Assembly (NCBI GenBank): GCA_963827095.1
Contig: CAWGZZ010000013.1
Location: forward strand, 139,037 to 203,036
DNA from: an uncultured beta proteobacterium
GTDB lineage: Bacteria > Pseudomonadota > Gammaproteobacteria > Burkholderiales > Casimicrobiaceae
DNA length: 64,000 nt
Reading direction: 5' to 3'
Made by a program: the position numbers and the translations under genes. The notes below the pieces were generated by a model. The model was not told the origin of the DNA, searched no databases, and saw only the letters and a list, made by a program, of their open reading frames with translations. Positions 1-8,755 of this stretch are shown piece by piece. Numbering within the stretch: position 1 is the stretch's first letter; every line of letters begins with the position of its first letter.

Positions 1-745
1 AGCGTGAGCGGGTCGATCCGCAGGCGGCCCGCCGCGCGCTCGTCGGCGAGCAGCGCCAGCATCGACGGATAGCTCGCCAGGAACGCCGGCTGGTAGTCGT
101 TCAGTTCGGCGACGAGGCGTCGGCAGCGGATCCAGGATCGAGAAGCCGCGGGCCGCGATCCAGGGACTGCTCCGGCACAGGCGCTCCCACGACGCGATGC
201 TCGCGAAATGCTCGCCGGTCGCGGCCACCAGCGCGGCGCGCCCGCCGCGCCCGAGCAGCGGCCCCGCGAGCTGCGCTGCCAGGCGCAAGGGGTCGACAGC
301 CGCGGCCATCAGCGCGTCGAACGTCGCCAGCGCGTCGGCGTCCTGCACGTAGATGCCCGGCACGCCGGTGCTGCCCGAGCTCTTCCACACCACGAAGCGG
401 TCGAGGAAGCTCCGGCCGATGTGGCTGCGGTCGGCGAGAAAGGCCTCCACGCCCGCCCGCGTCACCTCGGAGTCGGTCACCCACTCGTCGAAGCGCGCCA
501 TCAGCACGCTCTTGGTGACCACCGGCACGTCGGAAGGGGCGAGCGGGCGCTCCGGCAGCCCGCGGTAAAGATCGCGATAGAGCCGCGAGTGCGTGCGCGC
601 GAAGGCCACCAGCGCGGCGAAGCGCTCGCGCGCGGCCGCGTCGATCGCCGCCCGGCCGAGCGCTGCGCGTCCACCAGATTTCGTGCATCCGCGACAGCCA
701 CGTCCAGTAAGCCACCGAAGCGCGGAGCGGTTCCAGCGCGGTCAT
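1..745 (-). pseudogene. phenylacetate-CoA ligase / coenzyme F390 synthetase-like adenylate-forming enzyme, N-terminal part (runs off left edge); frame broken twice
   Basis: Hand translation of the minus strand gives three segments. (1) MTALEPLRASVAYWTWLSRMHEIWW. (2) ALGRAAIDAAARERFAALVAFARTHSRLYRDLYRGLPERPLAPSDVPVVTKSVLMARFDEWVTD...WKSSGSTGVPGIYVQD, an SSGTTG-type AMP-binding motif. (3) LVAELNDYQPAFLASYPSMLALLADERAAGRLRIDP. The frame steps by +1 near 660 and near 125. Confidence 0.6.
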
Positions 746-760
746 CGGAGGAGCTTCGTG

Positions 761-859
761 CTGCGCATTCCGGCATTCGCCCCTGGGGCGGCCCGGCGGG
801 ATCATCGACCCTCCTTCACTCTGCGCACCGCGGGGTCCGCCCTTGGGGCGGGCGGCGGG
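761..859. promoter_or_regulatory. imperfect ~40-bp direct repeat (2 copies, 60-bp period) in the divergent intergenic region between the ligase-like gene and adh
   Basis: CTGCGCAttccggcattCGCCCcTGGGGCGGcccGGCGGG (761-800) versus CTGCGCAccgcggggtcCGCCCtTGGGGCGGgcGGCGGG (821-859). A further CTGCGCA lies at 862 and a related CTGCGCG at 894. Confidence 0.3.
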
Positions 860-958
860 CGCTGCGCAGGCTCCACTTCAGAGTGTACGCGCTCTGCGCG
901 CATCGACCCGCCGCCGAAGGTGGATTACGATCTCCATCAACGGCGCAAGGAGACGACG

Positions 959-1947
959 ATGCATGCGATGGTTCTGCGATCCCCGCGCACGGCGCTGCAA
1001 TACGCGCAGGTGCCGGACCCCCGCGCGGGGCCCGGCCAGCTGGTGGTCAAGGTCCACGCCTGCGGCGTCTGCCGCACCGACCTGCACGTCGTCGACGGCG
1101 AATTGCCGGACATCCCGCCGGATATCATCCCCGGCCACGAGATCATCGGCGAAGTCGCGGCGCTGGGGCCGGGTGTCGACGGATTCCGCGTCGGCGAGCG
1201 CGTGGGAATCCCCTGGCTCGCCTTCACCTGCGGCCGCTGCCGCCATTGCCGCGCCGGCCGCGAGAATCTCTGCGACGCGGCGCGGTTCACCGGCTACACC
1301 GTCGACGGCGGCTACGCGGAATACGTGGTGGCCGACAGCCGGTACTGCTTCGCGATGCCGGCCGGACTGTCCGCCGTCGAGCTCGCCCCGTGGCTTTGCG
1401 CGGGGCTCATCGGCTACCGCGCGCTCGCGATGGCCGGCGACGCCATGCATCTCGGCATCTACGGCTTCGGCGCCGCCGCGCACCTCATCGCGCAGGTCGC
1501 GCGCCATCAGGGGCGGCAGATCTACGCGTTCACGCGGCCGGGCGACGCGGTCGCGCAGGGCTTCGCGCGCGAGCTGGGGGCGGCGTGGGCGGGCGGCAGC
1601 GACGAGCCCGCGCCCTGCCCGCTCGACGCGGCGATCCTGTTCGCGCCGGTGGGCGCGCTGGTGCCCAAGGCGCTCAGGGACGTCGACAAGGGCGGCATCG
1701 TGGTGTGCGCGGGCATCCACATGAGCGACATCCCGCAGTTTCCCTACGCGATCCTGTGGCACGAGCGGCGCATCGCGTCGGTGGCCAACCTCACGCGGCG
1801 CGACGGGCTCGCTTTCATCGACATCGCGCAACGGGTGCCCGGTGCGCGCCGAGGTGAAGCCCTATGCGCTGGCCGATGCCAATGCTGGCACTGTCCGACC
1901 TGCGCAGCGGCGCCCTTTCCGGGGCGGCGGTGCTGACGATCACCTGA
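959..1947 (+). pseudogene. zinc-dependent alcohol dehydrogenase (MDR family); two +1 frame breaks in the last 110 nt, probably an intact gene with sequence errors
   Basis: AAGGAG lies 7 nt upstream of ATG 959. MHAMVLRSP...VKVHACGVCRTDLHVVDGELP...PGHEIIGEV...CGRCRHCRAGRENLC are the Zn-ADH motifs. The tail reads IAQRVP | VRAEVKPYALADANA | ALSDLRSGALSGAAVLTIT-stop only after hops at about 1839 (a CCC run) and about 1887. The 989 nt equal 987+2. Confidence 0.85.
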
Positions 1948-1963
1948 ACCGGGAGCGTGCGCC

Positions 1964-2743
1964 ATGGCCCTCGTCCTGACCGAGACTCGCGATGCCGTCG
2001 GCATCATCACCCTCAACCACCCCGGCAAGCGCAACGCGCTCGCCAAGGCGCTGGTCGACGACATCATCGCCGCGATGCTGGATTTCGAGGCGCGCAAGCT
2101 GCGGGTGGTGATCCTGCGCGCGGCGACCGGCGCCAAGGTCTGGTCGGCCGGCCACGACGTCGGCGAGCTGCCGGAATCGCGACGCGATCCGCTGGGCTGG
2201 GACGATCCGCTGCGCTACCTGATCCGCGGCATCGAGGAATTCCCATCGCCGGTCATCGCCATGGTCGAGGGCGGCGTGTGGGGCGGCGCTTGCGAGACGG
2301 TCTTCGCCTGCGATCTCGTCGTCGCGGCACCCAGCGCGACCTTCGCGATCACGCCGGCGCGCCTCGGCGTGCCCTACAACATCGCCGGCATGCTGACGTT
2401 CCTCAACGCGTCCTCGATGCGCATCGCCAAGGAGATGGCGTTCACGGCCAGGCCCATCTCCGCGGAACGCGCGGAGCGACTCGGCATGATCAACTATGTC
2501 GTCCCCGCCGACGACCTGGAGCGCTTCACCGTCGCCCTGGCCGATGACATCGCCGCCAACGCGCCGCTGTCGATCGCCGTGATGAAGGAGCAGCTGCGCA
2601 TCCTCGCCGGCGCGCATCCGATGTCGCCACAGGGCTTCGAGCGCGTGCAGGGACTGCGCCGGCTCGTCTACGACAGCAATGACTACCAGGAAGGCATCCG
2701 CGCGTTCAAGGAAAAGCGCAAGCCGCTGTTCCGCGGCAACTGA
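1964..2743 (+). CDS. scpB: methylmalonyl-CoA decarboxylase (enoyl-CoA hydratase/crotonase superfamily, YgfG/ScpB-like)
   Basis: Intact 259-aa ORF. From memory it is near-colinear with E. coli YgfG: KVWSAGHDVGELPESRRDPLGWDDPLR, MVEGGVWGGACE, VYDSNDYQEGIRAFKEKRKPLFRG. Confidence 0.85.
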   Translation: MALVLTETRDAVGIITLNHPGKRNALAKALVDDIIAAMLDFEARKLRVVILRAATGAKVWSAGHDVGELPESRRDPLGWDDPLRYLIRGIEEFPSPVIAMVEGGVWGGACETVFACDLVVAAPSATFAITPARLGVPYNIAGMLTFLNASSMRIAKEMAFTARPISAERAERLGMINYVVPADDLERFTVALADDIAANAPLSIAVMKEQLRILAGAHPMSPQGFERVQGLRRLVYDSNDYQEGIRAFKEKRKPLFRGN

Positions 2744-2746
2744 GCC

Positions 2747-2834
2747 GCAAACCGGGGACAGACCACGTCTTCCCGCGGCGGCCAAGTCACGCCGCGGAGT
2801 CCACCACGGAAAACGTGGTCTGTCCCCGGTTTGC
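2747..2834. repeat. 88-bp nested palindrome (22-bp outer stem, 7-bp inner stem) between convergent scpB and the RidA gene; REP-like element or bidirectional terminator
   Basis: gcaaaccggggacagaccacgt (2747-2768) is the exact reverse complement of 2813-2834. The inner pair is ccgcggc (2773-2779) / gccgcgg (2791-2797). It starts 3 nt after the scpB stop and ends 2 nt before the RidA stop. Confidence 0.8.
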
Positions 2835-2836
2835 GC

Positions 2837-3241
2837 TCAGCCCGGCCGCGGCCGGCGGGCGATGACTTCGACCTCGATGCGCATCTCGGGCCGTGCCAGC
2901 GCGGCCACGACGATGATCGTGTGCGGAGGGCGGTGCGCGCCGAAGAACGCGCCGCGCGCGGCGAGCGCGGCGGTCGTGTCCGCGCCGTCGACGAGCAGCG
3001 TAGTGAGCTTCACGACGTCGGCCGGCCCGCAGCCCGCAACCTGCAGCACCCGCGCGAGATTGGCATACGCCTGCGCCGCCTGCGCCGCGACGTCCCCGAT
3101 TCCCACCAGCTCGCCCTGCGCATCGCGCGCCACCTGTCCGGCGGTGAACACCAGATCGCCGACGATCGCGGCGTGCTCGTAGCTCGCCGGCCGATAGATG
3201 TCGGGCGGGCTTACCAGCGCAATCGCGTTGGGGTCGGTCAT
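2837..3241 (-). CDS. RidA/YjgF/L-PSP family reactive-intermediate deaminase
   Basis: MTDPNAIALVSPPDIYRPASYEHAAIVGDLVFTAGQVARDAQGELVG...IEVEVIA has the typical YjgF fold signature. The internal ATG at 3241 of ORF 2837..3295 gives a 134-aa protein. Confidence 0.8.
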   Translation of the reverse strand: MTDPNAIALVSPPDIYRPASYEHAAIVGDLVFTAGQVARDAQGELVGIGDVAAQAAQAYANLARVLQVAGCGPADVVKLTTLLVDGADTTAALAARGAFFGAHRPPHTIIVVAALARPEMRIEVEVIARRPRPG

Positions 3242-3465
3242 GGCGTGCGCTCCTGTGATCGCGGCGATGCATCCGGTCGGCCGCCGCCTCCGCATTCTAG
3301 GCGATCGCGTGGCGGCCGGACAAAGCCCTTCACCGCGACAGCGGCGCCGCGGCCCCGGTGAGCGTCACGCAGACTTGCGCGTTTCCTGCGGCGGATCAAG
3401 GCGCGACGGCGGCAACGGCCGAACAATGGGGGTTCGCCGTCCAAGCCTGCCCATGCGGAGCTCCG

Positions 3466-4659
3466 ATGCCACATGCCCGAATGTCCCCGATCCCGAGCCT
3501 GCGCAGGCTCGCCCGCGTCGTCGCGACGCTGGCCGTGCTCACGACCTGCGGCTGGGTGTTTCAGGCTGCTGCGGGCGAGCCGGCGAAGCCGCGACCGCCA
3601 GGCACGCCCGTCCAGGTCACCCCGGAGATGGAAGGCGCCGGCATCGTGTCGAGCGGCGTCACGCTGCCGCCGATCCCGCCCGCGACCGGCGACCGCAGGA
3701 ACCCGGTGCCGTCGTGGGGCAAGCCGCTGCCCTATCCGATCGTGATCGCCGATCGCCGCAACAACCGCCTGCTCGAGGTCACGCCCGACAAGCGCATCGT
3801 CTGGGAATTCCCTTCCCCGAGCCTCAAGGTCTACCGGGGGAACGAGGACGTCAATTTCTCCCCGGACGGGCGCCGGCTCGCCGTCAGCGAGGAAGACAAC
3901 TTCGACGTCCACATCGTCGATTACGAATCACGCCGGATCACGTGGACCTACGGCGTGCCGGACACCAAGGGCAGCCAGCCAGGGTTGCTCAACTATCCCG
4001 ACGACGCGCACCTGCTCGCCGACGGCAAGTTCGTGACCGCGGACATCCGCAACTGCCGCGTGCTCATCATCGATCCCGCCGACAGCCGCATCGTCACCCA
4101 ATGGGGCAAGCCCGGGCAGTGCCGCCACAATCCGCCGCACCAGCTGGGACACCCGAACGGCGCCACGCCGCTCGACAACGGCGATCTCCTGATCACCGAG
4201 ATCGCCGATGCCTGGATCTCGCGCATCACGCGCGAGGGCAAGGTGCTCTGGAGCGTGCGCGCGCCGAACATCCACTACCCCTCGGACGCCTTCCCGACGG
4301 TCGACGGCAAGCAGGTGATCGTCGCCGACTTCTGGAAGCCCGGGCGCATCGTGATCTTCGACCCCGCCACGCGCAAGGTGACCTGGGAGTATTTCGTCAC
4401 GGAAGGCGACCGCATGTTCGACCACCCGTCCATCGCCCGCGAGCTTCCGGACACCGGCGACATCCTCGTGGTCGACGATCTGCGCGACCGCGTCGTCGTG
4501 ATCGACCGCGCGACGAAGCAGATCATCTGGCAGTACGGGGTGACGGGCACGAAAGGCCACGCGCCCGGCTACCTCAACTATCCGGACGGCTTCGACATCG
4601 ACGTGTTCCGCGATTGGAAGGGCGCGCTCGCCGGGCGTCAGCCCACCGCGGTGAAGTAG
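3466..4659 (+). CDS. secreted beta-propeller-type repeat protein, function unknown
   Basis: GGAG lies 5 nt before ATG 3466. The N-terminus MPHARMSPIPSLRRLARVVATLAVLTTCGWVFQAAAG looks like a signal peptide. There are recurrent blade-like units: RIVWEF, ITWTYGVPDTKGSQPGLLNYPDDAHLL, IVTQWG, VLWSV, VTWEY, IIWQYGVTGTKGHAPGYLNYPDGFDI. The ORF is intact. Confidence 0.55.
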   Translation: MPHARMSPIPSLRRLARVVATLAVLTTCGWVFQAAAGEPAKPRPPGTPVQVTPEMEGAGIVSSGVTLPPIPPATGDRRNPVPSWGKPLPYPIVIADRRNNRLLEVTPDKRIVWEFPSPSLKVYRGNEDVNFSPDGRRLAVSEEDNFDVHIVDYESRRITWTYGVPDTKGSQPGLLNYPDDAHLLADGKFVTADIRNCRVLIIDPADSRIVTQWGKPGQCRHNPPHQLGHPNGATPLDNGDLLITEIADAWISRITREGKVLWSVRAPNIHYPSDAFPTVDGKQVIVADFWKPGRIVIFDPATRKVTWEYFVTEGDRMFDHPSIARELPDTGDILVVDDLRDRVVVIDRATKQIIWQYGVTGTKGHAPGYLNYPDGFDIDVFRDWKGALAGRQPTAVK

Positions 4660-6425
4660 CGCCCGCCCGCCTCGGTCGCCCTCCCCTCGGCCACGAGCTT
4701 GCGCAGGTGCGCGAGCAGCGAGCGGGCCGCGATGCCGTGCAGCCTGGGGTCGGCATCGGCATAGGCCTGCGGGACCAGCTCTTCGCAGGTCGCGCCGGCG
4801 CGGCTGTCGAGCGCCTCGACCACCCGCGCCTCGCGCCACAGGCGATGGGCGACGAGGCGCCGGATTTCGCGGTGCGGCGAGCCGATGAGGTAGCCGTGGC
4901 CGGGCGCGATGATGGCGATGTCGAGCGCGAGCAATGCCTCGAGCGAGCGCAGGTACGCGCCCATGTCGCCGTCCGGCGGGTTGATGATGACGGTCGAGCC
5001 TTGCATCACGTGATCGCCGGTGAAGAGCATCTTCGTCGCTTCGAGCAGGTAGCAGAGGTGGTTGGAAGCGTGCCCCGGCGTGTGCAGCGCGCGCAGCGTG
5101 AGGCTTCCCAGGCGCAGGGTCTCGTCGTGGGCGGCCATCCAGTCCGGCGCAAAATCCGTGTCGTGCGAGTCGACGGCAGGCGCCGGCCGGCCGATGACGC
5201 GAGCGCCGGTGGCTGCCTGCAGCGCGCGCGCCGCCGGGGAATGATCGCGGTGCGTGTGCGTGCACAGGATCCAGCGGATGCGCCCGGCGCCGGCGGCGAG
5301 GACGGCGGCGACGTGCGCATCGATCGGCGGTCCCGGATCGATCACCGCGATCTCGTCGTCGCCGACCAGATAGGTGTTCGTTCCGGGGCCGGTCATCACG
5401 CCGGGGTTGGGCGCGATCACCCGGGTGACCAGGCCATCGAGCCGCTTCGGCACCCCGGGGACGAGATCGTAGGTCACCTGCATGGTCTCGTCGGGATCGC
5501 TCCAGCGGACCTCGGCGTACGGGGCTTCGCCGCGGCGGAAGATCTGCGGACCCTCGCGGCCCTGCGCCACCGCGGGACGATTGGCCTCGATCGGCCCTCG
5601 CGCACGCACGTGCGCGAGCGCCTCCTCGACCGTGGCAAAGCGCGCGAATTCGCCAAGCGCCACGCGCGTCACGAACGCGACCTCGATCTCCTTGCGCTCC
5701 GCCCGCTCCAGCGCATCGGCGGGCCGCAGCCAGAGGCTGTTCACGGTCTCCGCGTTGTCGTGCGAGCCTTCCTGCCCGCCCGGCGCGCGGGCGACGAAAA
5801 AGCGCGTGTCGAAGCGGCGCGGGCGGATCGGCGGCGTGATCCAGTGATCGAAGTAGTGGATCTCGTGCGCGGGCAGCGCCAGGCGGTGGCGGGCGAGGAT
5901 ATCCGCGAAGCTTCCCTCGCCGCGGTTGAGCGCGTCGCGGTGCTCGGCCATCGCGGCGATGCGCTCCGGCGCCGCCGGACCGCCGGCTTCGTCGCTCGCG
6001 AACACGATGCCCGCCTCCTCGAAGCACTCGCGCGCAGCCGCCACCCAGTAGGCGAGCGCCCCGGCGGACATCCCGAGCGCGCGGCTCGCCTCGTCGTCCG
6101 TGAGTCCGTGCACGCGCTCCCAGGTGCGGGCATCGGCGTCGGCAGCTTCCAGCGTCCCGCCGGGGAAGACGTACGCGCCGCCGAGGAAGACCGCCTTCTC
6201 GGCGCGCCGCAGCAGCAGGAGTTCCAATCCCGGCGCGGCGTCGCGCAGCAGGATAAGCGTTGCGGCCGGGCGGATTGCGAGCGCGGTCTCGCGCGGAGGG
6301 TTCACGGGCAGGCTCCGTCGGTGCGCGGGCGGCGCGGGCGGGCGATCGGGTTCGAGCGATGCGTTCGGGTCATTCGGGCAGCGTTCACGGTGGCAGGAAG
6401 CGAGAACCGATGGTGCGGCCCGCAT
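4638..6425 (-). CDS. fusion protein: N-terminal Nudix-like domain plus C-terminal MBL-fold metallo-hydrolase
   Basis: Intact ORF. The Nudix box remnant is FPGGTLE...(about 40 aa insert)...RECFEEAGIV. The MBL motif is ILCTHTHRDHSPAA...LHTPGHASNH...TGDHV...APGHG. The true start may be GTG 6305 (VNPPRETALAIRPAATLILLRD) rather than 6425. Confidence 0.8.
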   Translation of the reverse strand: MRAAPSVLASCHRERCPNDPNASLEPDRPPAPPAHRRSLPVNPPRETALAIRPAATLILLRDAAPGLELLLLRRAEKAVFLGGAYVFPGGTLEAADADARTWERVHGLTDDEASRALGMSAGALAYWVAAARECFEEAGIVFASDEAGGPAAPERIAAMAEHRDALNRGEGSFADILARHRLALPAHEIHYFDHWITPPIRPRRFDTRFFVARAPGGQEGSHDNAETVNSLWLRPADALERAERKEIEVAFVTRVALGEFARFATVEEALAHVRARGPIEANRPAVAQGREGPQIFRRGEAPYAEVRWSDPDETMQVTYDLVPGVPKRLDGLVTRVIAPNPGVMTGPGTNTYLVGDDEIAVIDPGPPIDAHVAAVLAAGAGRIRWILCTHTHRDHSPAARALQAATGARVIGRPAPAVDSHDTDFAPDWMAAHDETLRLGSLTLRALHTPGHASNHLCYLLEATKMLFTGDHVMQGSTVIINPPDGDMGAYLRSLEALLALDIAIIAPGHGYLIGSPHREIRRLVAHRLWREARVVEALDSRAGATCEELVPQAYADADPRLHGIAARSLLAHLRKLVAEGRATEAGGRYFTAVG

Positions 6426-6512
6426 TCATCCCGGGTCAAGCCTGCGGATCCCCGCCGGCGGTGGCCGAGCCACGACCGGCCCGAGACAACGCGCCGGAGC
6501 CGACGAACGGTC

Positions 6513-6540
6513 GCGACAGGTGGTATCATAGTGATATCAT
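6513..6540 (+). promoter_or_regulatory. candidate sigma70-type promoter for the SPFH gene inside a local AT-rich patch
   Basis: GCGACA (6513-6518), a 16-nt spacer, then TATCAT (6535-6540). A second TATCAT lies at 6524-6529 and the palindrome TGATATCA at 6532-6539. It sits about 60 nt upstream of ATG 6600. Motif resemblance only. Confidence 0.3.
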
Positions 6541-6599
6541 TTCGATAGGACTTGCCGCCGGGCATTCCGCCCCGGACGGGTCCTGACACGGAGGTCGAG

Positions 6600-7517
6600 A
6601 TGGAACGCGCATCGAACACCCGGGGGCCCTCCCACGAGGAACGCCCGATCGCCACCGGCAACGGCTTCTTCGCGCTGGTACTGGCGTTGGCCCTGCTTGC
6701 GGGCGGCGCCGCGATGGTGTGGCAGTCGGTGGGTCGCGGGCGACCGGACTGGTGGACGCTCGCGCTGGCCGTCGTGTTGCTGCTGCTGGGCGCGCTGACT
6801 TTGGCGGGGCTCTACACGCTGCAGCCCAACGAAGCGGCCATCCTGCAGCTGTTCGGCGACTACAAGGGCACCAGCCGGGTGCCGGGGCTGCGCGCGACCA
6901 ATCCGTTCTACACGCGCAAGAAGATGTCACTGCGCGCGCGCAACCTGAACGGCGACCGCTTGAAGGTCAACGACAAGCGCGGCAATCCGATCGAGATCGC
7001 CGCGGTCGTCGTCTGGCACGTGGAGGACACCGCCAAGGCCGCGTTCGACGTCGACGACTACGAGATGTTCGTCAAGGTGCAGAGCGAATCGGCGGTGCGC
7101 CACCTCGCGTCGTCGTTTGCCTACGATGCCGAGGAAAAGCAGGACGTCACCCGCGAGCCCACGCTGCTCGAGAGCGCCGACGTCGTCGCGCGCGCTCTGG
7201 TCAAAGAGCTGCAGGCGCGCCTCGAGCAGGCCGGCGTCGTGGTCGAGGAAGCCCGTCTCACCCACCTCGCCTACGCGCCCGAGATCGCTCAGGTGATGCT
7301 GCGGCGCCAGCAGGCCGAGGCGATCATCGCCGCGCGCCAGAAGATCGTGCACGGCGCGGTGTCGATGGTCGAGATGGCGCTGGCCGAGCTTTCCGCGAAG
7401 AAGGTCGTCGAGCTCGACGACGAGCGCCGCGCGTCGATGGTGTCCAACCTGATGGTCGTGCTGTGCGCCGAATCCGAAGTGCAGCCGGTCATCAATACCG
7501 GGACGCTCTACACCTGA
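6600..7517 (+). CDS. SPFH/band 7 domain membrane protein
   Basis: GGAGG precedes ATG 6600 (MERASN...). Two TM-like stretches are followed by [17 protein letters not shown]...[11 protein letters not shown]..., typical of SPFH, and then a coiled C-terminus. The ORF is intact. Confidence 0.8.
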   Translation: MERASNTRGPSHEERPIATGNGFFALVLALALLAGGAAMVWQSVGRGRPDWWTLALAVVLLLLGALTLAGLYTLQPNEAAILQLFGDYKGTSRVPGLRATNPFYTRKKMSLRARNLNGDRLKVNDKRGNPIEIAAVVVWHVEDTAKAAFDVDDYEMFVKVQSESAVRHLASSFAYDAEEKQDVTREPTLLESADVVARALVKELQARLEQAGVVVEEARLTHLAYAPEIAQVMLRRQQAEAIIAARQKIVHGAVSMVEMALAELSAKKVVELDDERRASMVSNLMVVLCAESEVQPVINTGTLYT

Positions 7518-7559
7518 TCCGCCGCCGCCCCGCAGCGCGGGCGGCGCGGCATCCTGACG

Positions 7560-7748
7560 ATGGCCGACAAGAAAGCCTTCCTGCTGCGCGTCGATCCTGC
7601 GTTGTGGGCGGAAATCGAGCGCCTGGCGCAGGCCGAGCTGCGCAGCGCCAACGCGCAGGTGGAGTTCCTGCTGCGCGATGCGCTGGCGCGGCGCGGCATC
7701 GCCCTCAAGCGGGGCAAGGACGACAAGCCGCGCGAGCCCCGGGATTGA
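7560..7748 (+). CDS. small Arc/MetJ-type ribbon-helix-helix DNA-binding protein
   Basis: The 62-aa sequence MADKKAFLLRVDPALWAEIERLAQAELRSANAQVEFLLRDALARRGI matches the RHH pattern (a beta strand then two helices). It lies immediately downstream of the SPFH gene. Confidence 0.6.
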   Translation: MADKKAFLLRVDPALWAEIERLAQAELRSANAQVEFLLRDALARRGIALKRGKDDKPREPRD

Positions 7749-7779
7749 GGTCGGTGGTCATCGCGCTGCCGGATGCGAT

Positions 7780-8703
7780 TCAGTCGCGCAGCGACGAAAC
7801 CGCCACCCGCGCCGCCGCCAGGTCCCAGGCTGCCTGACCCACGGTCTTGAACACCGGCGCTTCGCCCGTCCGCTCGATCCCGGCGTCCAGGATCGACGCC
7901 AGTCCGCGAACGCCGGTCCAGTCAATGCCGGCCTGGATGAGGTCGCCTGCTTCGTGCCGCGCGCCCTCCGGATCGTCCACGACGATCCGCCGGCGGTGCA
8001 GCAGCTCGGGAGGGAATTCGGCCATGTCCGGCTTGAAGGCGCCGATGCCGATGGCCAGCGTGTGCGGCGCGATGCGGGCTGGGATCACCGGCGTGCGCGC
8101 CGTGGTCAACGCGATGACGACATCGGTGGCGGGAAGCACGAATTGCAGCTGCGCAGCCGTCGTCGCCTGCGCGGCGACCTGCGGGTGCCGCCTGCGCAGC
8201 GAAGCGATGAAGGCTTCGGCGGCGGGCACGTCGATGCCCGCGATCCAGAACTCGTTGATGCCGAGAAACTCCGCCAGCGCGTCGGCGTGCGCCGACGCCT
8301 GGGTGCCGGTGCCGATGATCAGCACCGACGACGGTCGCCTCGCGGCCAGCGCCTCGATGCCGAGCAGGGTGACCGCCGCGGTGCGCCGCGCGGTCACCGT
8401 CGGGCCGTCGAGCAGGGCAAGCCGTCGGCCGGTCGCGGTGTCGAAGACGATCACTTCGCCCTGGATCGCCGGCAGTGCGTGCTGCGCGTTGTTCGCGTGC
8501 ACCGTCACCAGCTTCACCACGCTGAGATCGCTGCCGACCGCCGGCATGCACAGGAGCACGCTGGCGGCGTCGATCGTCACCACCTGCCGCTCAGGCGCCT
8601 TGATCCGCCCGCCGGCCAGTTCGAGCGCCGCCTGCGCGACGGCCGGGACCAGTCGGGCGTACGGCAGCGCTTCCGCGGTCTGCGACGGGCTCAGGATCTT
8701 CAT
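7780..8703 (-). CDS. ornithine cyclodeaminase / mu-crystallin family protein
   Basis: Intact 307 aa: VVKLVTVHANN, GPTVTARRTAAVTLLG, LIIGTGTQASAHADAL (Rossmann GxGxQA), AIGAFKPDMAE, and FKTVGQAAWDLAAA at the C-terminus. Confidence 0.8.
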   Translation of the reverse strand: MKILSPSQTAEALPYARLVPAVAQAALELAGGRIKAPERQVVTIDAASVLLCMPAVGSDLSVVKLVTVHANNAQHALPAIQGEVIVFDTATGRRLALLDGPTVTARRTAAVTLLGIEALAARRPSSVLIIGTGTQASAHADALAEFLGINEFWIAGIDVPAAEAFIASLRRRHPQVAAQATTAAQLQFVLPATDVVIALTTARTPVIPARIAPHTLAIGIGAFKPDMAEFPPELLHRRRIVVDDPEGARHEAGDLIQAGIDWTGVRGLASILDAGIERTGEAPVFKTVGQAAWDLAAARVAVSSLRD

Positions 8704-8755
8704 GTCCCGCCATTCTGCTCCGGCCCGGCCGACTTGGTGGCGCCGTCCATCGCGG

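Noticed and set aside
3198-6548. Very long ORFs antisense to, or out of frame with, recognised genes. Examples are 3198..6548 (+, 1116 aa), 15862..18867 (+, 1001 aa), 46799..49744 (-, 981 aa), 41244..43490 (+) and 60870..63035 (-).
   Set aside because: Their translations are Arg/Ala/Pro/Gly-rich low-complexity strings typical of stop-poor off-frames in ~70% GC DNA. They overlap genes with strong family signatures in another frame or strand and have no recognisable motifs of their own.
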